Origin: a virus
Taxonomy: Duplodnaviria > Caudoviricetes
Strand: one strand, 5' to 3'
IMG/VR virus record: IMGVR_UViG_2898133256_000001
Coordinates: 1-64,000 of that record
Length of the DNA: 64,000 nucleotides
Shown: positions 63,009 through 64,000 of the stretch, piece by piece
Layout: each line of letters begins with the position of its first letter
Position numbering within the stretch: position 1 is the stretch's first letter
Position numbers and translations under genes: made by a program
The notes under the pieces: model-generated
What the model saw: the letters and a program-made list of their open reading frames with translations, nothing else
Database searches by the model: none
What the model was told of the DNA's origin: nothing

Positions 63009-63040
63009 ACGGCCCGCTCCTGAGCACCGGGGCGGGCCGT
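63009..63040. terminator. GC-rich hairpin between convergent genes
   Basis: ACGGCCCGCTCC/GGGGCGGGCCGT stem, no U-tract. Confidence 0.5.
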
Positions 63041-63046
63041 CGCATG

Positions 63047-63496
63047 TCACGGTGAGGATGGCGGCGCGCAGAACAGAGGCTCGGAAGGTGGAGGCTGCGC
63101 TGGCGCAGGAGTTTCGGTCGAAGCACCCGCACCGCACTTCGGCACGAATAGCGGGAACAGCGTGGCTGCTAGGCTGACCACACTCAAAAGCAGTCCAACG
63201 ATGGTTCCGACATGGGTCCAGATCTGGCCTCGCTTGTCCCGGCGGGAGGCTAGCTCCTGGTCGATTTGCTTAGCGACCTCGCCAATCGCATCGACCACGC
63301 GGCGCCTCGTTTCCACGAGAACCTTGTCATACTCCCAGGGTCTGTATCCCTGGGCCGCGGTGCGGTCACGAGCAACTGATGCCGCCAGTGCGCTCAGATC
63401 TGCGTCGGTGATTGACGAAAGGTTTGCGCCCGGCGACGTCCCAAGGTACCGGCGCTTGATGTCCTCGTACCCAAGTTCGCTGTTCCTGTCGCTCAT
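63047..63496 (-). CDS. Hypothetical protein with C-terminal TM (moron)
   Basis: Lower GC; IVGLLLSVVSLAATLFPLF. Confidence 0.55.
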   Translation of the reverse strand: MSDRNSELGYEDIKRRYLGTSPGANLSSITDADLSALAASVARDRTAAQGYRPWEYDKVLVETRRRVVDAIGEVAKQIDQELASRRDKRGQIWTHVGTIVGLLLSVVSLAATLFPLFVPKCGAGASTETPAPAQPPPSEPLFCAPPSSP

Positions 63497-63704
63497 CAAC
63501 AGGCGACCGTAACACTGACCACACCGATGTCTAGGCACGTCCTCCGCTGGCGGGCAGTGGGTTTTCAGCCGATGCGCTGAACGCCACGGAGCGCATGCCA
63601 TCAGCCCCTGAGCACCAGTGCGGCCGTTAGAATTTCGGCCTGATTTGTGTACCGCGTTTCGATTTGTGTACCGGCCCGGAGTCTTTGTACACGATGCCGC
63701 CCCC

Positions 63705-64000
63705 CTACGCGGGCCGCACCCAGCGCCAGGCACCGTGCTGGGCGATGTACACCCACTTCACGAGCATTGCCTCCGGGCCGTAGCGCTGGCGGCGCAGGTG
63801 GCCACGCACGGACGTCTCCGACGGGATGAGCCCGGTGGCATGGGCAGACGCCGGCACAACTCCGGCCGCCTCCCCGAGCGCGCCGTCCAGGTAGACGTTG
63901 GAGACGGCGAGCCCCTTGGGATTGTCGCGCTGGCGCCCCGCCTCCACACGTAGCGGCGAGGCCTCCGCCTCGACGAGCAGCGCGTAAACGATTGCGAAAC
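63705..64000 (-). CDS. 3' end of hypothetical protein running off the window
   Basis: Frame open to edge; VRGHLRRQRYGP...KWVYI..H motif. Confidence 0.55.
   Translation of the reverse strand, partial: FAIVYALLVEAEASPLRVEAGRQRDNPKGLAVSNVYLDGALGEAAGVVPASAHATGLIPSETSVRGHLRRQRYGPEAMLVKWVYIAQHGAWRWVRPA

Larger units (their letters stand above)
1..64000 (+). mobile_element. Temperate siphovirus-like prophage/phage region (boundaries not visible), lambda-like tail tip
   Basis: Colinear early genes, sigma factor, terminase, portal, capsid, tail (TMP, M, L, K, I, J) and lysis genes on + strand with ATGA/GTGA overlaps. Confidence 0.96.

Noticed and set aside
1-64000. Integrase, CI-type repressor, att core, tRNA/rRNA, IS elements
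   Set aside because: None recognisable by eye; the lysogeny module presumably lies outside the window

Overview
The whole window is a high-GC temperate siphovirus-type prophage or phage genome segment, probably from a Myxococcaceae host (inferred from GC content, myxobacterial-style Cys-rich lipoproteins and an AHH/Imm11 pair). No integrase or att core is visible. 1-17.1 kb: tightly overlapping early/middle genes (DUF1643, LexA DNA-binding domain, HNH, Gp37Gp68, C5 and N6 DNA methyltransferases, replication protein with iterons, SLOG protein, XRE regulators, RusA, a degenerate dUTPase). 17.2-63 kb: phage sigma factor, TerS/TerL, portal, head genes, lambda-like tail (tube, G/GT frameshift, tape measure, M, L, K, I, J, fibre) and lysis genes. 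The tail operon is repeatedly interrupted by mostly antisense, often lower-GC morons: lipoproteins, a secreted caspase with a beta-rich partner, a SMEK protein, a four-gene AAA-ATPase/S8-protease cassette, and an AHH nuclease/Imm11 pair. Most unusual observations: (1) paralogous intein-like Hint domains at the C-termini of two tail-tip proteins; (2) a hairpin-flanked putative -1 frameshift adding a beta-strand, outer-membrane-type tail to a lysis membrane protein; (3) a JAB isopeptidase plus proteasome-beta-like protease pair between TerL and portal; (4) a hidden Lys-rich peptide and membrane protein extending the ietAS-like cassette, with paired palindromic operators; (5) a conserved CGGAC-N3-GTCY-N10-SGANNMT promoter-like motif at six sites, mostly just after morons. 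Family assignments come from motif recognition only; no searches were run.
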